Of a stretch of 64,000 bases of DNA, positions 50,881-61,002 are shown in pieces. The stretch is taken from positions 38,558-102,557 of the IMG/VR virus record IMGVR_UViG_3300023171_000008; one strand, written 5' to 3'. This stretch comes from a virus. Position 1 is the first letter of the stretch; each line of letters opens with the position of its first letter. The notes below the pieces were generated by a model, which saw nothing but the letters and a program-made list of their open reading frames with translations, ran no database searches and had not been told where the DNA came from. The position numbers were made by a program, and so were the translations under genes.

Positions 50881-51651
50881 ATGATAGAATTACCAACAAA
50901 AAAAGTTAAAGCTACAAGAATTAATCCTAAAAAGATTGTTATATTTTCAAAACCTAAAATTGGTAAAAGTACTGCAATAAGTATGTTACCTAATTGTTTA
51001 TTAATTGACTTAGAAGATGGTTCAAACTTTGTTGATGCTGTAAAAATTAGTGTAATGGATATTGCTCGTGAACAAGATGTAACTCCTATAAATGCTTTAA
51101 AACAAGTTATAGAACAAATTAAAGAAGCTAATAAAGCTAAAGGAGATTTTGTTTATAAATATGGTGCTATAGATACAGTATCTTCATTAGAAGAGATGGT
51201 GATGCCAATTGCATTAAATTTGTATAAACAAACTAGTATGGGGCGTAACTTTCAAGGAGATGATGTGAGGAAACTTCCCAATGGAGCAGGTTATCAATAT
51301 ACTAGAGAAGCTTTATGGATCGTACTTGAAGAATTAGAAGAATGTTTTAATACATTAATAATACTTGGACACACTCGTGATCGTATTATTGAAAAGAATG
51401 GTAAAGAAATGAATGAGAGGGGCCTTTCGTTGATGGGGCTATCTGCAACTATTCTATGTGGTCAAGTTGATGCTGTAGGTTATATGTATCGAGAAGAAGG
51501 TAAAGAGAATAAAACTATGGTTAATTTCAAACCTTCAGAATCATTAGCATCAGGTAGTCGTAGTGAACATCTTAAGAATAAGATAATTACATTACTTGAG
51601 TCAAATGATGAAGGAGTAATAACAGATCATTGGGATCAAATTTTTATTTAA
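50881..51651 (+). CDS. AAA_24/Sak4-like ATPase
   Basis: SKPKIGKS, IDLE.GS, IDTV, LPNGAGY, ILGH, DAVGY. Confidence 0.85.
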   Translation: MIELPTKKVKATRINPKKIVIFSKPKIGKSTAISMLPNCLLIDLEDGSNFVDAVKISVMDIAREQDVTPINALKQVIEQIKEANKAKGDFVYKYGAIDTVSSLEEMVMPIALNLYKQTSMGRNFQGDDVRKLPNGAGYQYTREALWIVLEELEECFNTLIILGHTRDRIIEKNGKEMNERGLSLMGLSATILCGQVDAVGYMYREEGKENKTMVNFKPSESLASGSRSEHLKNKIITLLESNDEGVITDHWDQIFI

Positions 51652-51812
51652 GATAATAGCTGTAGACGTACAGATCGTAACTATAACATAATATATTACA
51701 ATAAATCTTCGGAAAGTAATAAGACAGTTATCCAAATCGTAAGTTGGCTAAGTAAGAGGTCTTAGTTATAAAACCTCATTTTTAATTTTAATATAAGCCA
51801 AAATAAATATAT

Positions 51813-52424
51813 ATGAGCAAATTTAATTTCAACGAAAGAAGTATGATGAGTAATTCAGTATCACCAGTATTTAATGCAGGTGTAGCTGGAAAAGTGGAAG
51901 AAGTGAAAGTTGAAGTGAATAAACGTAGAGCAGATGAACCAGATAGTTATCCTGCATATAAATTAACATTTACTGATAATACTGGTAATTCAGTAAATCA
52001 AGGATTTTATTACTTTACTCCTAAACAAGGTTATTCAGATGAACAAAATGACAAATTATCAGGTTATCTAATTGATAGAGTACTTGAAACTGCAAATGCA
52101 GTAATACCTGAAGGATTTGTTTATCCTGAAATACCTGAAACTGGAGATAATGTAAAAGATACTAATGTTGCATTAGATACACTATTTAAAGTAATTAAAG
52201 ATAATTCAGATGATACTAAAGTAAATGTATTTGTTACATATGGTACTAAACAAAAACCATCTAAGTATTTATCTTTAAGGTATTTTAATTATGTTGAAAA
52301 GGCTGGTAAAACAGGTTATTCTCCATTAAAAGAGAAAGGTGACGATTTAATGCAACGAGTTGTTGAAGATAGTCCACGAGAGGAACAATCTACTACAACT
52401 ACTACATCAGGTCCAGCTTGGTAA
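51813..52424 (+). CDS. Putative ssDNA-binding protein
   Basis: Between AAA ATPase and primase as in crAss-like phages; flexible tail ending in W. Confidence 0.5.
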   Translation: MSKFNFNERSMMSNSVSPVFNAGVAGKVEEVKVEVNKRRADEPDSYPAYKLTFTDNTGNSVNQGFYYFTPKQGYSDEQNDKLSGYLIDRVLETANAVIPEGFVYPEIPETGDNVKDTNVALDTLFKVIKDNSDDTKVNVFVTYGTKQKPSKYLSLRYFNYVEKAGKTGYSPLKEKGDDLMQRVVEDSPREEQSTTTTTSGPAW

Positions 52425-52509
52425 TTAACAATTAAATTTTATTATATGAAAACAGATATTATCTGGAAAGATCTTATTCTCTATGGCGGAATAGGAGTTT
52501 AATTGATTT

Positions 52510-52540
52510 AAGGGGTAGTAAATTAATACTACCCCTTTTT
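52510..52540 (+). terminator. Intrinsic terminator
   Basis: AAGGGGTAGTA/TACTACCCCTT plus T-run. Confidence 0.85.
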
Positions 52541-52745
52541 ATTTAACTAATAACAAAATTATGGAAAAATTTAAAGCTATAAAAAATTTTAGTACTGTCG
52601 ATAAAAATCTTTTAATTATAGAAGATGAAATAATTTACGGACAAAAAACTGTTAGATATGACGGAATGTTATTATATGATCCAAAAACAAGGGAATATTT
52701 AGGTGAGATTATACATCCAAATGATTTTATGATTAAAGTTAAATA

Positions 52746-53777
52746 ATGATAATAGACTTAAATAAGAATAAACAACTTATTACTAAACAAGCTATTTTAC
52801 AACATATTCAAGATATTGATATATATAGAAAGTATTTAAATCAAGAAATTAATCTTAAACAACCAATGTTATCTCCATTAATGAAAGATAATAAACCATC
52901 ATTAGGTTTCTTTATTGGTGAAAATAATGAAATATGTTTTAATGACTTTAGAATTGGTAAAGGAGATGCAATTCGTTTTGTTCAATTATTAGAAGGTATA
53001 TCTTATTTTGACGCATTAAGTAAAATAGCTGTAGATTTTAATTTAGATAAAGATTATATTTGTAAAAATATTACTAAATCTGATATTAAATCTAATACTA
53101 ATAATTATTTATCAAGAGAAGAAATATTATCTAAAGTAGGTTCATTATATCTTAATAAAAAGAAAAGAGATTGGCAAATACATGATATAGTTTATTGGTC
53201 AGATTATGGAATATCTATTGAAACATTGAAGTTTTACAATGTAGAACCATTAGATTATATATTTATCAATGATAAAATAATTAAAGCTGATAAACATTGT
53301 TATTGTTTTACTGAATATAAAGATAACAAAGAAACTTATAAGATTTATCAACCTTTTAATATTAAATACAAATGGTTAAACAGTCATAATGATTCTGTAT
53401 GGCAAGGTTGGGAACAATTACCTAATAAAGGTGATGATTTAATTATTACCAAGTCATTAAAGGATGTTATGGCTTTATATGAAGTTACAGGCTATTCTGC
53501 TGTATCTTTACAGTCAGAAGGTATATTACCTAAACATCATGTATTTAGTCAATTAGATGAACGATTTCAAACTATCTATTCATTATATGATAATGATTTT
53601 GATAAAGATGAAAACTGGGGAAAGATATTTGGAGATAAAATAGCTAGAGAATTTGGATTAATAGAAAGTTATATTCCAGATAAATATAAATGTAAAGATT
53701 TTAGTGATTTAGTAAAACAATATGGTAAAGACAAAGCTAAATATATATTAAATAGTAATGTGTTATTACCATTTTAA
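52746..53777 (+). CDS. DNA primase (TOPRIM)
   Basis: SPL.KD.KPS, ITKS.KDVM, YDND, KDFSD. Confidence 0.85.
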   Translation: MIIDLNKNKQLITKQAILQHIQDIDIYRKYLNQEINLKQPMLSPLMKDNKPSLGFFIGENNEICFNDFRIGKGDAIRFVQLLEGISYFDALSKIAVDFNLDKDYICKNITKSDIKSNTNNYLSREEILSKVGSLYLNKKKRDWQIHDIVYWSDYGISIETLKFYNVEPLDYIFINDKIIKADKHCYCFTEYKDNKETYKIYQPFNIKYKWLNSHNDSVWQGWEQLPNKGDDLIITKSLKDVMALYEVTGYSAVSLQSEGILPKHHVFSQLDERFQTIYSLYDNDFDKDENWGKIFGDKIAREFGLIESYIPDKYKCKDFSDLVKQYGKDKAKYILNSNVLLPF

Positions 53778-54001
53778 TAAATAAAATAAATGATTATAAA
53801 AAATATCACGTTTTTAACAACTTGTCATGAAAGTTTAGCAGGATGTCTTAATAAAAGAAATGAACATAAATTATTAGAAATTAAAGTTAAAATTCCTTTA
53901 GATAAAAGAGATTTGTTAAGTAATAATTATTATGATTTAACTAAATATCTTGAAATATTAACAGGATTTTTTGTTATTAAATTTTTAAAAATAAATAATA
54001 A

Positions 54002-54406
54002 ATGCATAAAAGATTAATTTCAGTATACGGAACACTCCGTTTAGGTGGTAGCAATAACTATTTACTTAAAGATAGTAAGTTTATAGGAGAATTTAAAACA
54101 GAACCTATATTTGATTTATATAGTTTAGGAGGATTTCCTGGACTTAAATTAAATGGAGATACTTCAGTTACTATGGAAGTATATGAAGTAGATGAACAAA
54201 CTGCTAAAAGAGTAGATCAATTAGAAGGTTATAAAGAAGGAGTTGAACCATATTTTTATGATAAAATTAAATTAGAAACTCCTTATGGTGAAAGTTCTGT
54301 TTATATTTACATAAATGGAGTTCAATATCATAACAAAATAAAATCAGGAGACTGGATAGATTATGTCAAGAAGTCGAAAAAGGAAACATCAGAAGTTTAC
54401 AATTAA
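54002..54406 (+). CDS. Gamma-glutamylcyclotransferase (AIG2/GGCT-like)
   Basis: VYGTLR.G..N, EVYEV, D.LEG. Confidence 0.88.
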   Translation: MHKRLISVYGTLRLGGSNNYLLKDSKFIGEFKTEPIFDLYSLGGFPGLKLNGDTSVTMEVYEVDEQTAKRVDQLEGYKEGVEPYFYDKIKLETPYGESSVYIYINGVQYHNKIKSGDWIDYVKKSKKETSEVYN

Positions 54407-55175
54407 TCATGTAAATAAAGTAGTAAAAGAAGATAAAAGAATTAACGAAAATTATAAAGAATATAAAAAAATGAATAAAGTCAAGAAAATTGGAATTGTA
54501 GGTAATTGGACAGGAGCAAATAGTTTTGGTATAACTAAACCCTATATGTTCTTTTGGAGTCATTTTGGTGAAGTATCTATTATATCTCCAATGGAAAAAC
54601 ATGTTAGAGATTTAGATTTATTAGTAATTCCAGGTGGTCCTGATGTTGATGTATTTAGATATTTACGTGAAGAAGATGATATTGATTTAAATACTGGTGC
54701 ACCATGTTATCAACGTGAACGATTTGATAAAATGTTGTTACCTAAATATATTGCTAAAGGTACTCCTATATTTGGTACTTGTAGAGGTTTGCAAACTATT
54801 GCAGTTACACTAGGTGCTAGACTTAAGCAACATATGCATCATGAAACCAATGGTGATAATAGACATGCTTTAGTACATGGCATTACATTTGACAATGTAG
54901 AAGTTGTGCCAGGATTAGAAGAAATGATTAATCATCCTGATAATAAAGATTATAAAGTTAATAGTTTACATCATCAAACTGTATTAGAAGAAACTTTACC
55001 TTTAGAAGCTACAGTATTAGCTAGACATAGTAAAGATAATGAAGTTGAAGCTATCACATATTGGCCTCATTATCCTATACATACACAACAATATCATTGT
55101 GAAGAGATTTACGATCCTTTCTCATACACATTAATTTCACATTTATTATCATTATCAGATGAAAAAGAAATATAA
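54363..55175 (+). CDS. Class I glutamine amidotransferase / C26 gamma-glutamyl hydrolase (likely start 54471)
   Basis: PGGPDV, GTCRGLQ, VNSLHHQ, QYHCE. Confidence 0.85.
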   Translation: MSRSRKRKHQKFTINHVNKVVKEDKRINENYKEYKKMNKVKKIGIVGNWTGANSFGITKPYMFFWSHFGEVSIISPMEKHVRDLDLLVIPGGPDVDVFRYLREEDDIDLNTGAPCYQRERFDKMLLPKYIAKGTPIFGTCRGLQTIAVTLGARLKQHMHHETNGDNRHALVHGITFDNVEVVPGLEEMINHPDNKDYKVNSLHHQTVLEETLPLEATVLARHSKDNEVEAITYWPHYPIHTQQYHCEEIYDPFSYTLISHLLSLSDEKEI

Positions 55176-56001
55176 TTTATTTAGACCATTTATCCTTAGT
55201 AGACATCCAAGCCATTCAATATTAAGAGCTGTTAATAAGACTTTACCATTATTACCATTTAAATCTGTAGTTAGATTAGGTTCAACCACAGTATTAGCAG
55301 ATGATAATGAAAGAGTTCAAATTAATACACCCCAATCAGTTAAAAATTCAGCATCCAAATTATTGATGAAACAATGTTTTACTAATGCTGGAGTTAAAAC
55401 TGCAAAATGGTGGACTTGGGGAGAAGGTAATATATTTTCATTAAATGGTGATGATAATATAGATATGACTTTAATTAATCATTTACCATATCCATTAGTA
55501 GCTAAATCTCTCTATGGATCAAGAGGAATTGGAAATACTAAATTTAATAATCAAGGTGAGTTAGAGAAGTGGTTAATTGGTAAAAACTTGAATAACTATA
55601 TATTTGAAGAGTTTGTAAAAATGACTCGTGAATATAGACTTCATGTAACTGACGATGGTTGTTTCTATACTTGTAGAAAGTTAGTTAAAAATGACGCACC
55701 AGAAGATACTTGGCAAAAACATGATGATGTATGTAATTGGATATTAGAAGATAATCCTTCGTTTAAAAAACCTAATAATTGGAATGATATAGTAGCTGAT
55801 TGTATTAAAGCTAAAAATGCTTTAGGATTAGATATATGTGCATTTGATGTGGCAATACAAGGTAGTAAAAATGGTGTTGAACGTGAAAATCCAGAATGGA
55901 ACATATTCGAGTCATGTTCAGCTCCTAGTTTCGGTAAGATTACTGGAGAAAAATATATTCAAGAATTAACAAAATTAATAATTAAAAAAGCAAATAATTA
56001 A
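55159..56001 (+). CDS. ATP-grasp peptide ligase
   Basis: PLVAK..GSRG.G, FEEF, EYRLHV, LD..AFDV, ESCSAPS. Confidence 0.82.
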   Translation: MKKKYNLFRPFILSRHPSHSILRAVNKTLPLLPFKSVVRLGSTTVLADDNERVQINTPQSVKNSASKLLMKQCFTNAGVKTAKWWTWGEGNIFSLNGDDNIDMTLINHLPYPLVAKSLYGSRGIGNTKFNNQGELEKWLIGKNLNNYIFEEFVKMTREYRLHVTDDGCFYTCRKLVKNDAPEDTWQKHDDVCNWILEDNPSFKKPNNWNDIVADCIKAKNALGLDICAFDVAIQGSKNGVERENPEWNIFESCSAPSFGKITGEKYIQELTKLIIKKANN

Positions 56002-56002
56002 T

Positions 56003-57214
56003 ATGTATTACGAAGATTGGTTAGATAAATTAGCAGTACAAGGATTTACAACAATAGATGAAATAGTTCATTATATAGAAGATCCAGATAAAACACCTGA
56101 AGAAATATATGAAACTATTCCTAATGAAAGTATAGATGAAAAAGCAGATTATTTATTAAGTTATTTTAGAGATAGTGAAATGCAATGGCCTGTAGAAGAA
56201 TCTAAAGTTGTTGAAAAACAAAAATTAAGACTTGTTATTGCAGATAATAGTAGTTCTAAAGAATATGTAAACTTTTTATCTGAAATATACGATGTAACTG
56301 TGGTTAAACATGGTGATGAAGCAGATTTAGTATTATTTACTGGTGGAGAAGATGTATATCCTAAATATTATGCTGAAAATACTGGTAAATTTACTTCATA
56401 TAATGAACGTAGAGATAAGTTAGAACAAAACGTTTATAGTATGTATCGATATACACCTAAGCTTGGAATATGTCGTGGAAATCAATTCTTAGCAGTAATG
56501 AAAGGTGGTAAATTAATACAACATGTTAGTGGTCATGGTCAATCACATTATATTACTACTAATAGTGGTATGAACATCGAAGTAACTTCTACACATCATC
56601 AGATGGTTTATCCTTTTGATTTACCTCAAGATAGATACGAATTAATTGGTTGGTCTAAAAACTTTAGAAGTGGTACATATCTTAATGGAAATAATGAAGA
56701 AATTGATTTACATCGAGATTTCTTAGAAGTTGAAATTATTAAATGGGGTAATGATGCATTAGGTATTCAAGGACATCCAGAATATAGTTCAGCTTCACCA
56801 CAGTTTAAGAAATACGCTTTACAACTTATTCAAAAGTTAATTGGAGAATATGGTGAAAAGTCTCTTTCAAGTAAGTATACTACTAGATCAATCCAAGCAC
56901 CAAAATCTTTAGGTTGGTATGATAATATGGGTGTTCAGATTAAAGACAGTGGTTTACGTTTTATTGATACTCCAACATACGGACAAGATTTCTATTCAAC
57001 TAAAGGTAGTATAGAAGCCTTATCTGGCAAACAACCCAATATTCAAATGAAAGAAGAAGTTGGATTTGATGTAAATCAATTTAATAACTTCTATAAACAA
57101 GAATTAGAAAAACAAATCATTGAATCAAAAGAAAATTCTCTTCCCACTTATAATGCTTTTAATATAGAAAATTTGGAAAATGTATTAAATGATTTATCAA
57201 AAAATAAAAAATAA
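56003..57214 (+). CDS. Second class I GATase/C26 domain protein with N- and C-terminal extensions
   Basis: FTGGEDV, GICRG.Q, STHHQ, QGHPE. Confidence 0.85.
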   Translation: MYYEDWLDKLAVQGFTTIDEIVHYIEDPDKTPEEIYETIPNESIDEKADYLLSYFRDSEMQWPVEESKVVEKQKLRLVIADNSSSKEYVNFLSEIYDVTVVKHGDEADLVLFTGGEDVYPKYYAENTGKFTSYNERRDKLEQNVYSMYRYTPKLGICRGNQFLAVMKGGKLIQHVSGHGQSHYITTNSGMNIEVTSTHHQMVYPFDLPQDRYELIGWSKNFRSGTYLNGNNEEIDLHRDFLEVEIIKWGNDALGIQGHPEYSSASPQFKKYALQLIQKLIGEYGEKSLSSKYTTRSIQAPKSLGWYDNMGVQIKDSGLRFIDTPTYGQDFYSTKGSIEALSGKQPNIQMKEEVGFDVNQFNNFYKQELEKQIIESKENSLPTYNAFNIENLENVLNDLSKNKK

Positions 57215-57222
57215 TCAAATAA

Positions 57223-59049
57223 ATGAATAAATATAAAATAACAATAGGTTCTGATCCAGAAGTATTTATAGAAAATGAACAAGGTCAAGTAGTATCGGCA
57301 ATAGGATTAGTTCCAGGTACTAAACATGAACCACATCCAATAGACGATAAAGGTCATTTTATACAAACTGATAATATTGCATTAGAATATAATATTCCAC
57401 CATGTGATAATGAAGATGATTTTGTACATCATATACAGTTTGTTAAAGATTATTTAGAAGTTATTGCTGTTGCTAATGGTTATAAATTATCTACTAAAGC
57501 ATCTGAAGAAGTTGATTCTGTTTATTTACAAGATGATCAAGCTCGTATTTTTGGTTGTGAACCCTCACTTAATCCTTACACAAGATCAGTTAACGAGTCA
57601 CCAAATGCAAATACAAATTTAAGATGTGTTGGTAGAATATCTGCCTAGATATATAGAAATATATATCTGTAATTGGACAAAAACGGTGAATAAAAATTCA
57701 TAATTATTAGGAAATGTCATAAATTTTTCATATATTTGTATATATAAAATATAATTTATGATTGACAATTATTTTGATAAAATTGATTCTGATATTAAAG
57801 CTTATTTATTAGGCTTTTTTATTGCAGATGGTTGTATTAGCAAAAATAGTAGATGTACTAATAGTTATCGTTTTTCAATTAATATTTCTGATATAGATAG
57901 AGAAATTTTAGAAATTTATAAAAGTGAATTAATGACAAATAATAAAATTGTTACTTCACATTATAAAAAAGGAGCTATAAATAGAAAACCAGTATCATGT
58001 TTAAGATGGACTTCTGGTTATATGTTTGAAATGTTTAAAGTAAAATATAATATTAATCCTAATAAAACAAAGGATTTTAACTTTACTTTTAATTTTGAAT
58101 TAATAGATGAAGAATATTATTTTTCTTTTATAAGAGGATTTTTTGATGGAGATGGTCATATATCATATACTGACACTAATCAATTTACTTTCGCATTTTA
58201 TGCAACTTCTAAACCTTTTTTAGAACAAATTGGTAAAATATTTGAAAAAGAGTTTGATATAGAATATTTAATTAAGGGAACTATTAAAACAAATATAGAA
58301 TTATTTTGTTTAAGATTTAATTGTAACCAGAAAAGAAAATATTTTATAAAAAAATTATATGATAAATTTTACAGTAATTCTAAATTTTCTTTATTAAGAA
58401 AAAAATTAAAATTTGAAAAATATTTAAATACCGTGCTAAATTCTAATGGTAAAAAATTAGAATCAGTGTAACGCATAGGAGTTGATCCATAATTTAAGAG
58501 TCTTAGTGACTCTTTTTTTATGACTAAAATATTCCCACGAGTGTCCGACATCTGACTGTCTGCGAGATAAAAGATGAAAATATATGCTGAACTATAATGA
58601 ATGAATATAATTATAGAATCTAGGGATAAAAAGCCTTAGAGATAACAAAATTGGGACACATACATATCGGATATCCAGAAGCTAATCAAGAAACTTCTGA
58701 GAAAATTGTAAAAATGTTTGATATATTTGTAACACTTCCTGCTTTATTAATAGATAAAGATGATAGAAGACGTGAACTTTATGGAAAAGCAGGTGAATTT
58801 CGCTTCAAAGAACCTTGGGGATGTGAAGCAAGAGCTTTAAGTAACTTTTGGATACATTCTGAAGAAAATATTCGTTGGGTTTATAAACAAACTATAAAAG
58901 CTGTAGAATGTGTATTAGATGGTAATGCTGATGCATTATTTGATAAATATTCAGAACAAGTAGTTGAAGCAATTAATACTAATAATAAAGTATTAACTGA
59001 ATCATTATTATCTGAAATATTTGCTGGAGAAGAAGTATTAATAAACTAA
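57223..59049 (+). CDS. phiEco32-like COOH-NH2 ligase type 2, spliced (57223-57633 + 58654-59049; 268 aa)
   Basis: GSDPE, DN..LEYNIPP, FGCEP; splicing restores LRCVG|GHIHIG; RRELYGKAGEFR, EARALSNFW. Confidence 0.88.
57731..57738 (+). promoter_or_regulatory. Intron-internal Bacteroidota -7 promoter element
   Basis: TATATTTG about 20 nt before the endonuclease ATG; TTAG 20 nt upstream. Confidence 0.55.
57758..58471 (+). CDS. LAGLIDADG homing endonuclease (double motif)
   Basis: AYLLGFFIADG and FIRGFFDGDG. Confidence 0.9.
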   Translation: MIDNYFDKIDSDIKAYLLGFFIADGCISKNSRCTNSYRFSINISDIDREILEIYKSELMTNNKIVTSHYKKGAINRKPVSCLRWTSGYMFEMFKVKYNINPNKTKDFNFTFNFELIDEEYYFSFIRGFFDGDGHISYTDTNQFTFAFYATSKPFLEQIGKIFEKEFDIEYLIKGTIKTNIELFCLRFNCNQKRKYFIKKLYDKFYSNSKFSLLRKKLKFEKYLNTVLNSNGKKLESV

Positions 59050-59060
59050 AAAATAAATAA

Positions 59061-61001
59061 ATGATAATACTGATAGTATTAATCCTAGGTATATTACAAA
59101 TTCTATTAAATTTAATATTTAAACCTAATTATAATACATTAAATTGTGGTATATGGGGTCAAGCGAGTAATTCCACTAAAAAGATTAATGAATCTAATAT
59201 AAAAATATTAGGTTTGTTTAATGAATCTAGAGGTAAGAATTCTTGTGGTATAACTATAGATGGAGAGATTTATTATGGTTTAGATAAGGAAGCTTTATTT
59301 ACTAATTTTGCTAAGGGTAGGTCTATAAAGCCTACATTATATCCTACAGTAATTGGTCATACAAGACAGTCTAGTATAGGTGTGATTAATTCTTATAATG
59401 CACATCCATTTGGATTTGGAGAGAATAAAGATGGAGGTTATAAAATGTGTATCGTACATAATGGTACTTTATTAAATCATAAAGAATTAGCTGATAAATA
59501 TGAAGTATCTAAAGATATAGATTCTCCAAGTTTACATGTAGAGAATTTTAATGTTGTACGTACTAAAATTGATAGTGAAATACTAGGAGAAATTATATAT
59601 AAGACTGGTAATATCAAAGTATTAAGTGATTATAATGGTGCTGCCGCATTAGTATGGACTGATACAGATCATCCTAATGTAATTTATTTATGGAGTGGTA
59701 AAAGTCGTGCATGGTCAGATGATGCTGAAGATAAACAAGTTGAAGAACGTCCAATGTTTGTTTATATTGAAAGTAAGAATAATTTCTATTTTTCATCATT
59801 AGCAGAACCTTTACATGTTATTAGAAATAATAATGGTGAAATATTTCAAATAGATTATAATACTGTTTATACTGTTAAAGATGGTAATTTTAAAGAAGCT
59901 AAAAAGTTATTAGTTAGTAGAAAAGATAATTACCAAAGAGAAATTGTTAAATATACATCTTATACTGGAGGTTATAATTATGGTGATGATTGGGAAGATA
60001 GTCGGTGGCTTCAGAAGCCTAAAACTTCTGGTCAAACGGTTATTAATCTTCCTGCAGCTAAAGAAGAAGTAATTAATATATTTGACGATACTACTTTAAA
60101 AACTCAAAATGAGTATAAAGGTAAAGTTGTTAATAAAAAATTACGTTATTATAGAAATAATCATTTAATTAATGGTGTTTATACTAACATTATTAACTTT
60201 GATTTCTTTTATCTTGGAGATATTATTAAAGAAGCTAAAGCTCATTTTGGTACATTAGTTAATAAACCTTTTAATTATAGTACTGGAGAATTTGGTGATA
60301 TTGAAGATAAAGATTTATTTGAAACTCCATTTAAACATGACGCTCCTACATTATTTTATTTTGTAGAAGGTATAATGTTAAGAACAGAGCTTGATTATTT
60401 AACGGCATTAGCACCATTTAATATATTTAAAAATGGAGATAAATGGGATTATGAAAAGTTATCTCATGCATCAATGTTGCCAGTAGTAGATTTGACTTCT
60501 AAACCTTCAGATAGTAAACAAATGATATTAAAACATGGTGTAGAGTATAACGGTATTGTAACTGGATTAAACTTTGAGAAAAGATATGAAATTAGTAAAG
60601 GTAACTTAATTAAAATACTTCCATTAACGGCTGTAAACACTAATAGTGTAGTTAAATTAGCTAATAATGTTCATAGACCTATTATACTTAAAGAGTGTAT
60701 TAATTTTATCACTAATCTTGAGGAAAATATTGAAATTGAAGAAGTTGAAGAAGGTACTATTAAACAATTAGAACAAGACGATAAAGAATTCTTAGATAGT
60801 TTAAATGATAATATTGATAATATTGATTATGTAGCTGATGCAGTTGACGGTATATTAAATGATTGCTTAACTGGACCTTTAATTAAATTTCAAGATTATA
60901 AAGTTAAATTGAGTTATTATTTACCTCATGTAGAAGCTGTTAAAGCTCTTAAAGTTCTTGAAGATATGGAAAATGTAGTTGGTGAATTTATAAAAAACTA
61001 A
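59061..61001 (+). CDS. Class II (Ntn) glutamine amidotransferase with hydrophobic leader
   Basis: CGIWG at residue 29, RG..SCG, IGHTRQ, NAHPF, HNGTL, DSE. Confidence 0.85.
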   Translation: MIILIVLILGILQILLNLIFKPNYNTLNCGIWGQASNSTKKINESNIKILGLFNESRGKNSCGITIDGEIYYGLDKEALFTNFAKGRSIKPTLYPTVIGHTRQSSIGVINSYNAHPFGFGENKDGGYKMCIVHNGTLLNHKELADKYEVSKDIDSPSLHVENFNVVRTKIDSEILGEIIYKTGNIKVLSDYNGAAALVWTDTDHPNVIYLWSGKSRAWSDDAEDKQVEERPMFVYIESKNNFYFSSLAEPLHVIRNNNGEIFQIDYNTVYTVKDGNFKEAKKLLVSRKDNYQREIVKYTSYTGGYNYGDDWEDSRWLQKPKTSGQTVINLPAAKEEVINIFDDTTLKTQNEYKGKVVNKKLRYYRNNHLINGVYTNIINFDFFYLGDIIKEAKAHFGTLVNKPFNYSTGEFGDIEDKDLFETPFKHDAPTLFYFVEGIMLRTELDYLTALAPFNIFKNGDKWDYEKLSHASMLPVVDLTSKPSDSKQMILKHGVEYNGIVTGLNFEKRYEISKGNLIKILPLTAVNTNSVVKLANNVHRPIILKECINFITNLEENIEIEEVEEGTIKQLEQDDKEFLDSLNDNIDNIDYVADAVDGILNDCLTGPLIKFQDYKVKLSYYLPHVEAVKALKVLEDMENVVGEFIKN

Positions 61002-61002
61002 A

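Larger units (their letters stand above)
57634..58653 (+). mobile_element. Group I intron with LAGLIDADG endonuclease
   Basis: P1 GGU|AG/CUGCC with U.G wobble; P3 UUGGACA/UGUCCGA; P4 CGGU/ACCG; P7 GCAUA/UAUGC; terminal G. Confidence 0.88.

Noticed and set aside
58651-59049. Independent TTG-start genes at 58651 and 63024
   Set aside because: The TTG is the end of each intron (...AAAATTG); these are second exons
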